Of a stretch of 64,000 bases of DNA, positions 40,210 through 54,383 are shown in pieces. Every line of letters begins with the position of its first letter. Position 1 is the stretch's first letter. Below the pieces are notes generated by a model. The model ran no database searches and was not told the origin of the DNA. It saw only the letters and a program-made list of their open reading frames with translations. The DNA is from Octopus sinensis (taxonomy: Eukaryota): the NCBI RefSeq assembly GCF_006345805.1, contig NC_043013.1, positions 18,042,001 to 18,106,000 of the forward strand. The letters run 5' to 3'. Made by a program: the position numbers and the translations under genes.

Positions 40210-43200
40210 GTTTCAAATTTTACTACAAGGGCAATTTGGGGGCAGGGGATGAGTTGATTACTGGTACTTATTTTATCGACCCAGAAAGAATGAAAGACAA
40301 AATAAACCTCAGAGGAAATTGAACTCACAACATAAAGACGAATGAAAAGCTGTTAAGCATTTTGCCTGGCATGCTTAATGATTCTGCCAGCTCACTGCCT
40401 TACTGCAATAACAACAACAACAACAGCAGCAACAACAACATGGAAAGAAAACCAAAGACCAAGCAGCTGTGGTGATGGTTATGTAAGTTAGTTCATAATC
40501 ACACACACACACAAACTAGTCAACTAGCAGTCTCGAAAATAGCAATGTATTTCCCAACAATGGTTAGAACTCTTCTGATCACAGGCATGGCTGATGAAGG
40601 GTGACCTGGGTCTCAGCGGCAAGATAACAAAGACAGAAACACACATGGATGTACAGGACACGTACACACAACACACGCGTGTACATATGCAGACATACCA
40701 ATAACATATATTTGAAAAAGAGTATAATTGACTATAACTGACCCCCGACACTTGACTAAACCATAATTTTATTGAACCCCCACATTGACAGTAAGTAGCA
40801 TTATTTGAACCCATTTAATGTGATGTAACTAAACTGAACAAGGCAGTTCTGTTGCTCTACCATTCCAATGTTCCAGTAACACAAGACATTTGGTCCATTG
40901 CAAAAGTTGAATCTGGCAAACTATTCTATCTAGAATTAGGAAGCACCAAATTAGAAACTGTACAAAATATATAAAAAATCCCCAAAATATCCTTAAAACA
41001 CAGCACACACACACACAAACACACAAAAACTAATTTGTAGTTTTACTATTTGTGCCAGGTGAAGAATCCATATTTTTAGTTTGAAGTAACATAATTTATT
41101 CTGGCAAGCCAGGACTGTAACTAGTAGAAGTATGTTAGCATATATATACAGAATTGTTCTATGTAATAAGCAGCAGGTTTGTAAAGAGAGAGAGGGAAGG
41201 AGAGAGAGAGAGAAAGGTATGTCGGTCACACTTCACTTAACAATGATGTTTTGCAGATTACTTTCGGTTTTGCTTAAAATAGCAGCAAGTGGTTCCATGT
41301 GAAGCACTCTCAACGTGTTTGGTGTGTGTGTGTGTGTGTGTGAAGTGTGTTTACACATACACACACAAAGAAACACACACACACATATAGATACACAAAC
41401 ACACATAGACACAGTGACACAGACACACATACACACCTGGTGATCTTACGTAAATAACCAAGACAACCATTAATTAACGAAGTACTCAATACATATAATT
41501 ATGCAGAGTTTAATTATTTTTTTATTAGTGCTATCATTAATTGCCCGTTTCTAATTACTTGAATTCTCTTCAGGAGCAATATTACTGGCAATGATATTGC
41601 TGCTGGGTTTATATATAAATAAACAGGAAAAAATAAACAAAAACACCATCACAACACACAAAAAACCCCTAGAAAACTAACTCATAATCGACCATTTATT
41701 AAGTTTTATTTAATGGAATGATTGGTTTATAGCATCTCGAGAGTTTGTTATGTAAATTAATTAGCAATTAAAATTATATTTAAAAGCTATGCAGTTAATT
41801 TTTTTTAGAAATAAATTCTTACCGAAATGCAAATTCCCTTGAATTAATTATTGAGATGATCTTTACGAGGGGGAATAACTCGGTCTTGTTTATAATCACT
41901 AATGTTACACCCCCCCCCAGTGTTAGTAGTACTAAGTCCAAAATTGCTGTATACCACTACGACCACCACCACCCACCCTCCTCTTCCTTGTTTTAACGAC
42001 CGTTTTTTTTTTTCATGTCAGCGGTCACTTGTTTCCAAGTAAGGTACTTGTTTTCCTTGGTCGTTTGAAAGACCAACAGCTCAATCACTGGACATGTTTT
42101 TTTTTTTTTTTTACACAGCACACAAATAGCAGGACGACGGAAAGACGCGCGCGACAGGCTATTGTGTTCATTCCATCTACCAATGTCACGTCAGCCTGAG
42201 AATATATGGATGATGCATAGTGACAACAAACCAGCAAGCTTGTGGTTGTGAAATGAAGTCCTTGAATGCAGTTATGCCATAGCCTATACACACACTTGCA
42301 TGTATGCATATACATACGTGCGTAATATATAATCATCATCATCATCATCGTTTAATGTCCGCCTTCCATGCTGGCATGGGTGGGACGGTTTGACAGCAGC
42401 CTGCCAGACAGCAGCCTGCCAGACAGCAGCCTGCCAGACAGCAGCCTGCCAGACAGCAGCCTGCCAGACAGAAGCCTGCACCAGACTTCTGTGACTGTTT
42501 TGGCAGGATTTTTACAGCTGGATGCCCTTCCAAACGCCAACCACTTTACAGTGTGGACTGGGTGCCTTTTATGTGGCACCTGCACTGACAGGGTCACCAA
42601 GTAACTTGCAAGGCAAAAAAATCTTTTGAGATGGGATAATGAAGATAAAACAAAACTAAAGGATATACATGTATTGCAGGAAATATGTTGGTAACAAATA
42701 TGTACAAAAAATGGGGTTTCATGGGGAAAAATGAAAATTTTATTAAAAGCAAAGACTCATAACAAACATGGTAGAACAAGCTGTAAAGGATAATTATGCA
42801 TCATCTTAAACTAGCAGATAAAGAGGTTGTAAGAAAATTTATCTAAACTTTTGAACTTGAGCAGAAAGTAACAAATGATAGGCTGACACAGCTATTTTTC
42901 TGGCAATATAGCTGGTGAATTTAAACTGAAACAAATGCTGCTGCCACTTGCAAAAGAATTTAAAAGAATGCTACCAACCATTAGACAAGCAAACAGAAAA
43001 GCTTGGATTACTACAGCAATGTTTCAATATGCTTCTAGTCTGTCATGTACCACAAGTAAATGAAATTAAAAATTTACTTTTTAACTTTTACATTCTGTAT
43101 TGTTAAATAGTATTGGTTGGTAATGAATATATACGGCATGGATGTGCAATGTCAGTATGTGCAACAGAGTGCTAGTGTATTGAAAGAAAAGGGCCGAAGA

Positions 43201-46200
43201 GGAATTAGATGCAGGGTGCAAAAGAGAAGACTGTGTTTGTTTGGTCATATGGTTCATATGGATGTAGTACACAATTGCATACAGAAGTGCTGACCACTTT
43301 AAGCGGATGGAACTTGGGGAAGAGGGAGATCCAGGAAGACAGTGTGAAGTACTGAAGTCTGATCTCAAGACATTGAGCCTCAAGGTCTATCTGCCACAGC
43401 AGAATTGATACTGGTGCTGGTGCCACATATAAAGACCCAGTACACTCTGGTTAGCATTAAGAAGGGAATCCAGTTGTAGAAACCATGCCAGAACAGACAA
43501 TGGAACTTGGCGTGGCCCCTGGCCTTACCAGCTCCAGTCAAACTCTTCAACCTATGCCAGTATGATGGTATGGAAAATAAATACACTATATGCCGAATAT
43601 GATAAACAATAATAAAATTGCAGAAAATACTGTAAATATCACATAAATATATATAGTTATGTGATACAAAAATTCTATAATTATAAGCATAATTATAATT
43701 AGGGTTCAGCAAAAAAAAGATTATTAATTATCAATTGATTAATTAATTTTACCTTTTATTATTATAGTTATGTGATATTTACAAAATTTCCAGCTGTTTA
43801 GTTATTGTTTATCATACAGTGCATATATTTTCCATATCACATATATACAATATCAACCTAGTCAGGATATTGTGAGGTGTGTGTGTGTGTATGTATGTAT
43901 AACACATACACAGAAGTTTAATGATGGCAGTAATAGAGTAGCACAATGCTAAATTACGTGCGTGCACGCATGCGCGCACACACACACACACACATTCTCT
44001 CTCTCTCTCTCTCTCATTACTTCAAAGTGTAGAGTTTCATTTCTTACCTTCTCTGTTGTGGTTTGTACTCCGATTGCATTTGGAATGATGAATGCTGTTT
44101 TCTCTTTGGTCACACTAAGAACATTGTCAAGAGGGATTTCAATCTGAAAGAAAGGACGCCAAGTTCCACCATTATTCAAAGACAACCTTAAAGAGACAGA
44201 CAGCTATGGTTTTGTGTGGTTAATAAGTTTGTTTTGCAACTAAATGATTCTGAATTCAATTACATTGGATCACACCTTCGCACTTTGGGCAAATGTCTTT
44301 TGGCACAGCTTTGGGTTGGTCCATACCAGGTCAAGGAAAAAACATTAAACTGAAACAGAAACTAGGAGATAACCTGCTGTGCAAGTGCATGTGTGTAACT
44401 ATCTTATGTATTATGTCTATGAACATGTATGGCCATGTGGCAAAGAGAACTTCATTATACAACTTCATGATCTATTAGAACTTCCACCACAGCTTCAAGT
44501 TGACCAATGGCTTGTAAATAGAATTTGGTAGATGGAATCTGTGCAGGAAGCTCATTACATGTGTGTCCGTACCTCTGTATCTTTTGCCAACATAGAACAG
44601 CAATACATGTAAACATCAGCAACAAATCAAATGAACAGATGTCTCTGGACTACAATACCCTAGAGTATATTTGTTGCACTGATGCCCCCTTGTCACTCTT
44701 TCCGTAATAGATTCAGTGAACTGCTGACTGGCCAATTGGAAATCAATAACCAATCATACTTTTCTACATGAAATAAAATAACTCAGAAATGGTAATGGCT
44801 GTAACTTTGCGAAACATGTGGCACATATGGTAAGTTCAAGTTCCATGAAAGTACAGCAAATGTGTGGTGCATAGGGGAACACAAGAGGGGTGGTGAGTGG
44901 AGGAGAGGACAGACATAGGGCGGGCTTGAGAGGACAGAGATATTGAATGGGCCTAAATGGAGATGGGGAGAAGTACATTGGGTGAGCCTTGCTAGTTCAA
45001 AGGGGCCATAATCATTGTGGTCTCAATAGAAGAGACAGAAAACACCGAGCAAAAAAGGGGCCAGTAGTTGTAATATGTTAGTGCATGTCTTTGCCTTCCT
45101 CTCCATGTGATTGTATAGTGGGATCAATGTGCCACACATGTCAGCTATGCTGTTATGTGGGTCACATACGATTCCAGCTCTCAAAAGCAAGGCGAATGTT
45201 ACTTACATGCCTGCCACGGCCTCTGATCTTGGAATAGAAACAAAACCAACCAAGGGATATGTACAGGTGTCCCTGCAGGAGAATATCTCCTTGGTATGCA
45301 CAGGAATAATCTGTAAGAATCAGGAAAAAAAATAATGATAATTACAATAAAATGAAATATTAAGAATTGTTAATGAATGAAAACAACAAATTAGGATTTA
45401 ATTAAGGAAAACATTTAGTGTTTACATAGTTAATTGGTGAGAAAGTAATGGGTCAATAAGTCAAATCTACTTCAAGTATTTGTCTGTGTGTCTGGAGTGG
45501 GAAAATCTTTTACACTGCTCCTTGAAGAATCTTACAACTGGAACACAAACATTATGGGGTTAAGGTGCTGGACTACTGACCACATGGTCGTGTGGTCAGA
45601 TCTTAATACAGTCACTGTGATATGACACTTTGCTTCATTTAGTCTGCATGGCTTAACCAAAATCAGGTTTTCACTAGTCCCTACTTCATCACAGTTGAGT
45701 GGTTAGTGGCAGAAAAGTATATTCCTGCAGCTGTAGAAACAAATGAACTGTCTCTCTATGAGAGTACAGGAAAATGGATAAAAGGAGACAGAAAAACCTT
45801 TCTAAGGTAATGACAGCTAGTCTAAAGAAAAGGGTATTACCCACTGAATGATCACCGGTTCATAACAATATGACCAAGATACTTAACCATCTATAGTCCA
45901 GTGTATCTGGCTATAATTAGGTACCACAGTGTGGTAGAGTTTATTGTACTATGTTCATGACCAAGACACTTAACTGTCAAAAGTCCAGTTTACCTAGCTG
46001 GTTATAATTTGGTACCACAGTGTAGCACTGTTCATTGTACTGTGTCTATGATGAGGGCACTTCACCAAAAACGGTCTTCCAAACTGTAAATAGGTATCAG
46101 TTTCGTATAGTTCACCATGCTCTGTCCATGACGAAGACACTTTTCTGTCAACTGTCCAGTCTACCTCTACTTAGTTGCAAGAAGGTACTATTATATAAAG

Positions 46201-49200
46201 ATGATCACTCCATCTGTGATACAGTCTGTCTTAACTAACAACACATTTATAGCTTATCCATCTTATTCTAAGTTAAATGATATATTGCCATAATCATAAT
46301 GCCTTGTAACATTTGTTCTGACTTTCTGTAGCCTAAGTTCAAGTCCAACTGAGGTCAACTTTGCCTTTCATTCTCTCAGGGGTCAGAAAAGAACAACCAA
46401 TCTAGAGTGGTACTTTGGTGGAGAGGTTTTCTAAAGGGTAATAGATGCTGCTTTTATTCCTAAATATAAGTTAAAACAAAGACAAACACACAGAAAAGCC
46501 CTTAATGAAACACTAGTCTTATGGAAACTTTATATTTTTATGTCTACAATTTCCATTGATTGAAATTGATTAAAAAATCAATGGAAATTGTAGTTGTGAT
46601 ACCAGTGCCGGTGGCATGTAAAATGATCCATCTGAACGTGGCCGTTGCCAGTGCCGCCTCGACTGGCTTCCGTGCCGGTGGCACATAAAAAGCACCAACC
46701 AATCGTGGCCTTGCCAGCCTCGCCTGGCACGTAAAAAGCACCCACTACACTCACGGAGTGGTTGGCGTTAGGAAGGGCATCCAGTCATAGAAACTGCCAG
46801 ATCAGACTGGAGCCTGGTGCAGCCTCCTGGATTTCCAGACCCTGGTCAAACCGTCCAACCCATGCTAGCATGGAAAACGGACGTTAAACGATGATGATGA
46901 TGATCTAATACCTTCTTCACTTTCTGCAACAAAGATGAGTTTTATGAGAACTCGTTAAACAAAATAATTTTAACTGTTTGTCTTAACTTAACCAAATTAA
47001 CATTTACAAAATAAAATTACAGAGTGTAGAATTCATTAACTATTCGATAAGATATTGATTAATGAAGCATTCATTGGATTTGGCAGGCTTCTTTTCTCAG
47101 ATGATTAATCAATTTCTGCTTCTTTTGTTGCCAAATTTTACCTCTAAGGAAATATCTAAAAAAAAAATTTTTAAATGAAGTCTTTTGCTTTAGAAATGTC
47201 CATGTTAGGTGAAAGAGATTTATATTTGAGCCACTGCAGGTGATAGAACTAATTAATAGAAGACATTTAACTGTCATCTTTAGGTCACACAGAATTATCT
47301 TTGAGCCTGTGTGTGTGCATGTGAGTATCAGTGTATCTGTAATTTTGTGTGTGGTTATGTGCATAAATTTAGTTTTGTGTGTTTTAATGTGTATAAGTGT
47401 AGTTTTGCATGCGTGAGTGTGTATATGTAATTTTATGCATGTAAACAATACAAAACATTTTTTACACAATAACGATGAAGTGTGTATAGCCTGGTAGGTA
47501 TGTGCGTTTCTCTTGTATTGTTATGTAACTACACACACACACACACAAAGGCAAACCTGTACACAGACACATACATACATACACACAAGTATACATCCAA
47601 ACAAAAATACGCACAGAACATTCTCCCCATGGCCTGGCTTTTGGGTAGTAATGACAAGGGTTCCAGTTGATTCAATCAATGGAAAAGCCTGCTTGCAAAA
47701 TTCATGTGCAAGTGGATGAGTATTCTACTGACATGCTTACCCTTAACCCTTTTGTTACTGTATTTATTTTGAGATGCTCTGCGTTTCTTTCAATTACTTT
47801 AAATATAAGAAACAATTTAGTAAAATAACTTGGTTATCATTCAGCTAGTGTTAGGAACATAAATTGTGTCTAAGGTTTGGTGGCAGATTTTAATTCAAAA
47901 CTTATGAAAACAAGACATTTGTACTACAGAGTCAGAAGCGGTTTCAGCTGGATTGGTAATGAAAGAAAGGGTTAAGAATTGTTTCTCTATTATATATTTG
48001 AACCCTTTTGTTACCATTATTTCTGCTGAGATGCTCTGTGTTTCTTTTAATTAATTTTAAATATAACAAAGAATTTAGTAAAATAACTTGGTTATCATTC
48101 AGCTAGTGTTAGGAACATAAATTGTGACTAAGGTTTGGTGGCAGATTTTAATTCAAAACTTATGAAAACAAAACATTTGTACTCAGGGCCAGAGCTGGTT
48201 TCAGCCGGGTTGGTAACGAAAGGGTTAACATAGTTCTCAGAGAGAGATTCAGTGTGACACAGAATGTGACAAGGCTGGCCTTTTGAATTACAGGTACAAC
48301 TCATTTTTACCAACTGAGTGGATTGGAGAAATAAGAAATAAAGTGTCTTGCTCAACGATACAATGGGCCACTGGAAATCGAACTCACAACCTTATGATTA
48401 TGAGCTGAATACCCTAGCCCCTAAGCCATGCACTTTCACAGCATTTTTCTCATAAACACACAGAGAAACTGAAGAATTTCTTTATTGATGGATATTCAGT
48501 TGTCTAATTAACTAAACAGCTTAATCACTCAGCTATTGTGTAAGTGGCTGGGTATTCCACAGACATGTGTACTCCTAATGGCGCCATTACAGGTCTAGTA
48601 CATCTGAAAGGCTTCCACACAGACTCTGTCTCCCAATTTCACCTCACAAGACTTGAGTTGAGCTAAGGTGACATTAGAAGACACTTGCCCAAGATGTCAC
48701 ACACTGGTATTGAAATCTGAGACCTTACGATTGCAAAATCACTTTCTAACCACTTCACCATGTATGTGGCCTGCAAATAGATATATATTTATTTCTTTAC
48801 TGCCTACAGGGGGCTAAACATAGAGGTGACAAACAAGGACAGACAAAGAGATTAAGTTGATTACATCGACCCCAGTGAGTAACTGGTACTTAATTTATCG
48901 ACCCCGAAAGGATGAAAGGCAAAGTCGACCTTGGCGGAATTTGAACTCAGAACGTAACGGCAGACGGAATACTGCTAAAGCTTCTGCCTACCAAATCCAC
49001 TCACAGTAACTTGGTTGGAGATAAAGAAGTTAACAATTATTTATTATTAATGTCGTTGCCAGTGCCGCTGGACTGGCTCCTGTGCAGGTGGCACATAAAA
49101 AAGCACCATTTGGGCGTGGCCATTGCCAGTACCACCAAACTGGCCCTCGTGCCGGTGGCACGTAAAAGCACCCATTACACTCTCGGAGTGGTTGGCGTTA

Positions 49201-51423
49201 GGAAGGGCATCCAGCTGTAGAAACTCTGCCAGATCAGATTGGAGTCTGGTTCACCAGACCTCAGTCAAATTGTCCAACCCATGCGAGCATGGAAAGTGGA
49301 CGTTAAACAATGATGATGGTGAAATTGGTCATTATATATATATAAAAATGTGTGCTTGCGTGACTTTGTGCTTTTGTCCCCCACTACTTTTGTCCTTATA
49401 ACTTAGCAGTTCAGTAAAAGAGACTGACAAAATAAATACCAAGCTTACAAAAAAAAGGGCTAAAGCAGTGTCCCAGCATGGCCACAGTCTAATGACTGAA
49501 ACAAGTAAAGAATAAAAGGGAGGTGGGGTGTATTGTGTGTTTAGGGGGGATGTGCGTGTGTCTCTGTGTGTATACAAGAGAAAATGTGGGTGTTTGTAAT
49601 GGGGAAATATGTGAGAGTGTGTGAAGTATGTGTGTGTGTGTATGTGTGTATGGGGAGAATATACATATGCAGGGGTTATTTGTACATGTAGATGTATATA
49701 TATATATATATGCAAATATGTGTGTGTATAAAAGAGTGAGTGTATGCATGTCTTGGTGTATGTGTGTAGGGGATATGTGGAAGTGGAGGTAGAGAGAAAT
49801 CTGTGAGTGTGTATGTCTGTGTATGTGTATGTATGTGCATGTGTACCATGGCCACAATAGAGTTAAGTAGAAGTGACAAGCAGAGAAAGCAGTGTCTTAT
49901 TAAAGTCAAATTTTTCATTTCTAGTTGACATAATTTCACAAACTGGCCTCTTTCCATGTGTTCCTATGACCTACGGCCTCTACCTTTTCACTCCCACTTC
50001 TCTCACCAAGTCAGTGACCCCAGAAAAAAAATGTTGCTGCAAACCTATGATCAGAGGCATTCCACATAGGACCATCCAACCATTCTAATATGTAAGAGAC
50101 AGAGGGTGGTGGCAGTGGTGGTGATTAATGAAGTATGTATGTAGTGGAACAATGACAAAAGGGGCTCTTTAACCTCTATGTGGTTACTCAACCAGCTGGA
50201 CATAACAGTAAGGTCATGCCTGGAGCATCTTTGATCATAGGTGTGTGTGTGCATCAGGGCTGACTAGAGACTAAACAACAACTATATCCACTAACACTAA
50301 CAAGTATACTGAGACCCGCTTCGGTCATGACTGACCATGGGATTGCACCTAGAAAGTTACCCTCCCAGGCACAAGTCCGGGCAAGGTTGTTTATGGAAGA
50401 CCGGCAGTCGCCCATGCATACTGGCCTCCCCTCTCCACGCCACCAGTGTTATCCAAGGGAAAGGCAAAGGTCGATATAGCTTGGCACCTGTGATGTCACA
50501 ACTCATTTCTACAGCAGAGTGAACTGGAGCAACATGAAATATAGTGTCTTGCTCAAGAAAACAACACGCAGCCTAGTCCAGGATTTGAGCTCACAACCTC
50601 ACGATCGTAAGCTCGATGCTCTAACCACTGAGCCATGTGCCTTCACTAGTATACTACACATGATAAAAGTACACTATACTAAGGAAACCTATGTACACAC
50701 AAACACAATATGTATCTAAATACAAGAAGTAGCCACAGATGGAATGTCTCTAATTTCACAACTAATTCTATCAAAACTGGTCTGGGTGAAGGTGGGGGTG
50801 GAGGGTAGTGTAACCAAAACTCATAGTTTGGTTTTAAGTCAGTATTTCCATGCAGGCATGGGCTGGCCAAATACACTAAGGTATTGTTTAAAATATAAAG
50901 GACCTTCCTACTGCCAACTCACCTTTATACAATGTACTTTATACTTTACACACACACTGTCTTTTCTGTCATAAGGCAGTTTGGTGTGATTTGAAAGATA
51001 TTTGATTGCTATTTCTAGCAGAATGCTAAGCTACTAAGCTGAGGTTCCCTTGTTTATTGATATCATATTTTGGTGCACAGTTACTGACAGCTGATCACAG
51101 ATTTAGGTTTATTGTCTATGTAAATATGATGAGGTTAATGTTCAACACAATACAAGAGACTCCATTCATAAAGAACTGCTTTCCAGTTTTCTCATCAATG
51201 TTTATATCCTTCACATACACACACACACACGGATGCATACGCATACACACATACAGATATGGATGCATACACATATACACACATATCTATACAGCTCAAG
51301 ATGCCCTGGTTATAGGACTACATATATATATATATATATATATATACAAATGTATATATATACATATGTGTATATATATATATACATGTATACACATATC
51401 TATATACATATATATGTATACAT

Positions 51424-51472
<49 letters not shown>

Positions 51473-53645
51473 AGAAAGATTAAAATGGCATAGTTTTTTT
51501 GTTGTTGTTTTACTTGTTTCAGTCATGTGACTGCAGCCATGCTGGAGCACCACCTTTGGTTGAACAAATCGGCCACAGGACTTATTCTTTATAAGTCTAG
51601 TACTTATTCAATCAGTGTCCTTTTGCCGAAATGCTAAGTTATGGGAACGTAAACATAGCAACATTGGTTGTCAAGCAATGGTGGGGGTAGAGAATCTCTC
51701 TCAAGCACCTCAATCATCATTGAACGACATTATCCATGACAGGTACATATAGGACTAAATATTAATATCATCAAAATTAATGCCTTCAGTTTTTATTCCA
51801 AATCATATACTTTACATTATATAGATTATGCGTGTTTCATGACAACATATTCCTATATACATACATTATGTATATATATTTAAATAATGAGGGAGATAAA
51901 TTGAATATTAATTTAATTATTATCAATTAAAACCAGTAACCTAGCGTTATAAAAAATCTGAAAAATCAGAGAAAATTTCAATATATGTGTATATTTAGGG
52001 CTAAAATATATATAGCTGTCCACATAGTGGTTTTTTAGCCCTAAATACACACACACACACACACACACACAGTTCAAACTAATGAAACATTCATTAGTTA
52101 TAGACTGCTCCCTCTGTTTATACCAGTGAACTATGTTTGACCATGATGGTGATGACAGAGTTGTTTGTGACAGAAATTCCATCAGAATATCTTTTAAGTT
52201 ATTATGTGAACTAAAGACATCAACATAAAAAGATTTGACGATGATTAATTTCAGAAGTTAATCTGTTGGGTTGTTAATCTGATTACAGTGGATTACCTAC
52301 ACAAGTGGTCTGTTTCAGTATTAACCGGGTGATATGGCCAGACATCAGGTGATTGGTCAGGAAGGAGTGGTGGTCCAGCCCTGATCAAACAGATCAAAAG
52401 TGTTCTAGCCATAATCACGACATCTTTTCGTGTATCAGAAATTAACATTATCCAAGATGTTCTTATTTTTAAAGAATGGTAGAGGTAGAGTGGGGTTGTG
52501 GTTTTAGGGAGATTTGGCTGTTATTTCTAGCAAGTAGGCCAACTTGAGGTCCAACAACAATATAGCCATATGTGAGGCACCTGCATCACAACTTCACTGA
52601 GTGTATCTTATGGCTAATAAATCTCACACAAAAACAGAAACCAAGGGAATGAAACCTTAATTGTGGCTGCAAAACTGTGATGGTTTTTTTTTAAATTTCA
52701 GTTTCTGTTTTAATTTTACATTACAAGTGATTAAGATTGGAGTTGATTGGTTACAGGTTTTCAATGACTGATGATCACTGGTTTATTACATTTTGGATGG
52801 AGCAACCTACAAAGACGAGTTTATATCTGAGACAGAGCAACCACCACTAGGGATTTCACTACCTTCCCCACTTCTCTTTTCTCAAGTGCTTATGCATTGT
52901 TGATAAGTATACATTGTAAAAGGCACACACACACACAGACAGAGGCTGTGGGGTTAAGAAATTCATTTCCCAACCATATGGTTTTGGGTTCAATCCAACT
53001 GTGTGGCATCTTGGGTGTCTTCTACTAAAGCTATGGACCAACGAAAGTCTTGTGGATGGGTTTGGTAGGTGGAAACTGAAAGAGTCCTGGAGGAAAGAGT
53101 ACCTTGCTTGGAAACTGGTGATTGTTGGAGACAGGGAAGGCATCGAGCTGTAGAAAATCTGCCTCAATAAAATACACAATAGGCTTCTGTCACCAAATTA
53201 TGCTGTGCAGTGTGATTGGATCAGGAACTGAATGATTGAGTATTTACTCTTATTAACATATACCATGCTGGTTCAACTCTGGTGGAAAGTGAGGTGAGGG
53301 CTGATCCTGAAATAGGATTTGGGGTTGGTATGCTTACGTCTATATTTTCTTAGGGACAAAGAAACACTCAAACTCCACACTCAATGTGCAAATTTTAAAA
53401 CATTTTGATTGTTGCACCTTCAGACAGGGATTAGTTAAAGAAAAGAAGAGTCAGGAGATGGAAGATGGTCTACTTACGATCAATTAGAGATTCCGACCGA
53501 GGCACAGATTTGAAGAGTTTATGAAATTTTGCCACTTTAGATTTACTGACAGTTGGGACGTGAAGCAACATTTCCTGGAAAATTGAAGACGAAAAGAAAT
53601 AAAATGAATGGAAGGAGGAGGATTGAATAGATATGTATTTATGTA

Positions 53646-53677
<32 letters not shown>

Positions 53678-53904
53678 CATCATCATCGTTTAACGTCTGC
53701 TTTCCATGCTAGCATGGGTTGGACGATTTGACTGAGGACTGGTGAACCAGATGGCTGCACCAGGCTCCAATCTGATCCAGCTGTAGAAACTCTGCCAAAT
53801 CAAGATTGGAGCCTGATGTAGCCATCTGGTTCGCCAGTCCTCAGTGAAATCGTCCAACCCATGCTAGCATGGAAAGCAGACGTTAAATGATGATGATGAT
53901 GATG

Positions 53905-53942
<38 letters not shown>

Positions 53943-54344
53943 GTCTTTTATATTTTACACTTTTACATGCTCCAGTCATTAGACTGTGGCCATACTGGGG
54001 CACTGCTTTGATGAACTTTAGTTAAACATATCAACCTGAGTACTTTTTTTCTTTTAAAGCCTGGCACTTTGTTAGTCAAGTACATATTAAGCCCGGTACT
54101 TATTCTATCTTTTGCCAAACTGCTAGGTTATAGGGATGTAAACATGCCAACATTGGTTGTCAAGTGGCAGTGGGAGACAAACACAAAGGCGCACACACAC
54201 ATTCATCATCATCATCATCTTTTACCATCCGTTTTCCATGGTGGCATGGGTTGGACAGTTTGACAGGAGTTGGCCAGCAGGAAAACTGTCCAAACCTTGC
54301 CAGCATGGAGACAGGTGCTAAAAGATGATGATAATGATGATTAG

Positions 54345-54383
<39 letters not shown>

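Noticed and set aside
40829-41026. Hydrophobic minus ORF with an acceptor-like TTTTGTACAG
   Set aside because: Ends in a stop before any donor; including it would truncate the GRAM domain before exon F.
41233-41330. Minus frame ..[18 protein letters not shown] resembling a GRAMD2 C-terminal helix
   Set aside because: No acceptor (the frame runs out of a (CA)n tract), it lies upstream of exon F, and the true coiled-coil exons are at 31518-31623 and 28260-28400.
42392-42480. CRISPR-like or coding repeat (WQAAV / PDSSL)n
   Set aside because: No spacers, embedded in a SINE, eukaryotic context, no cas genes.
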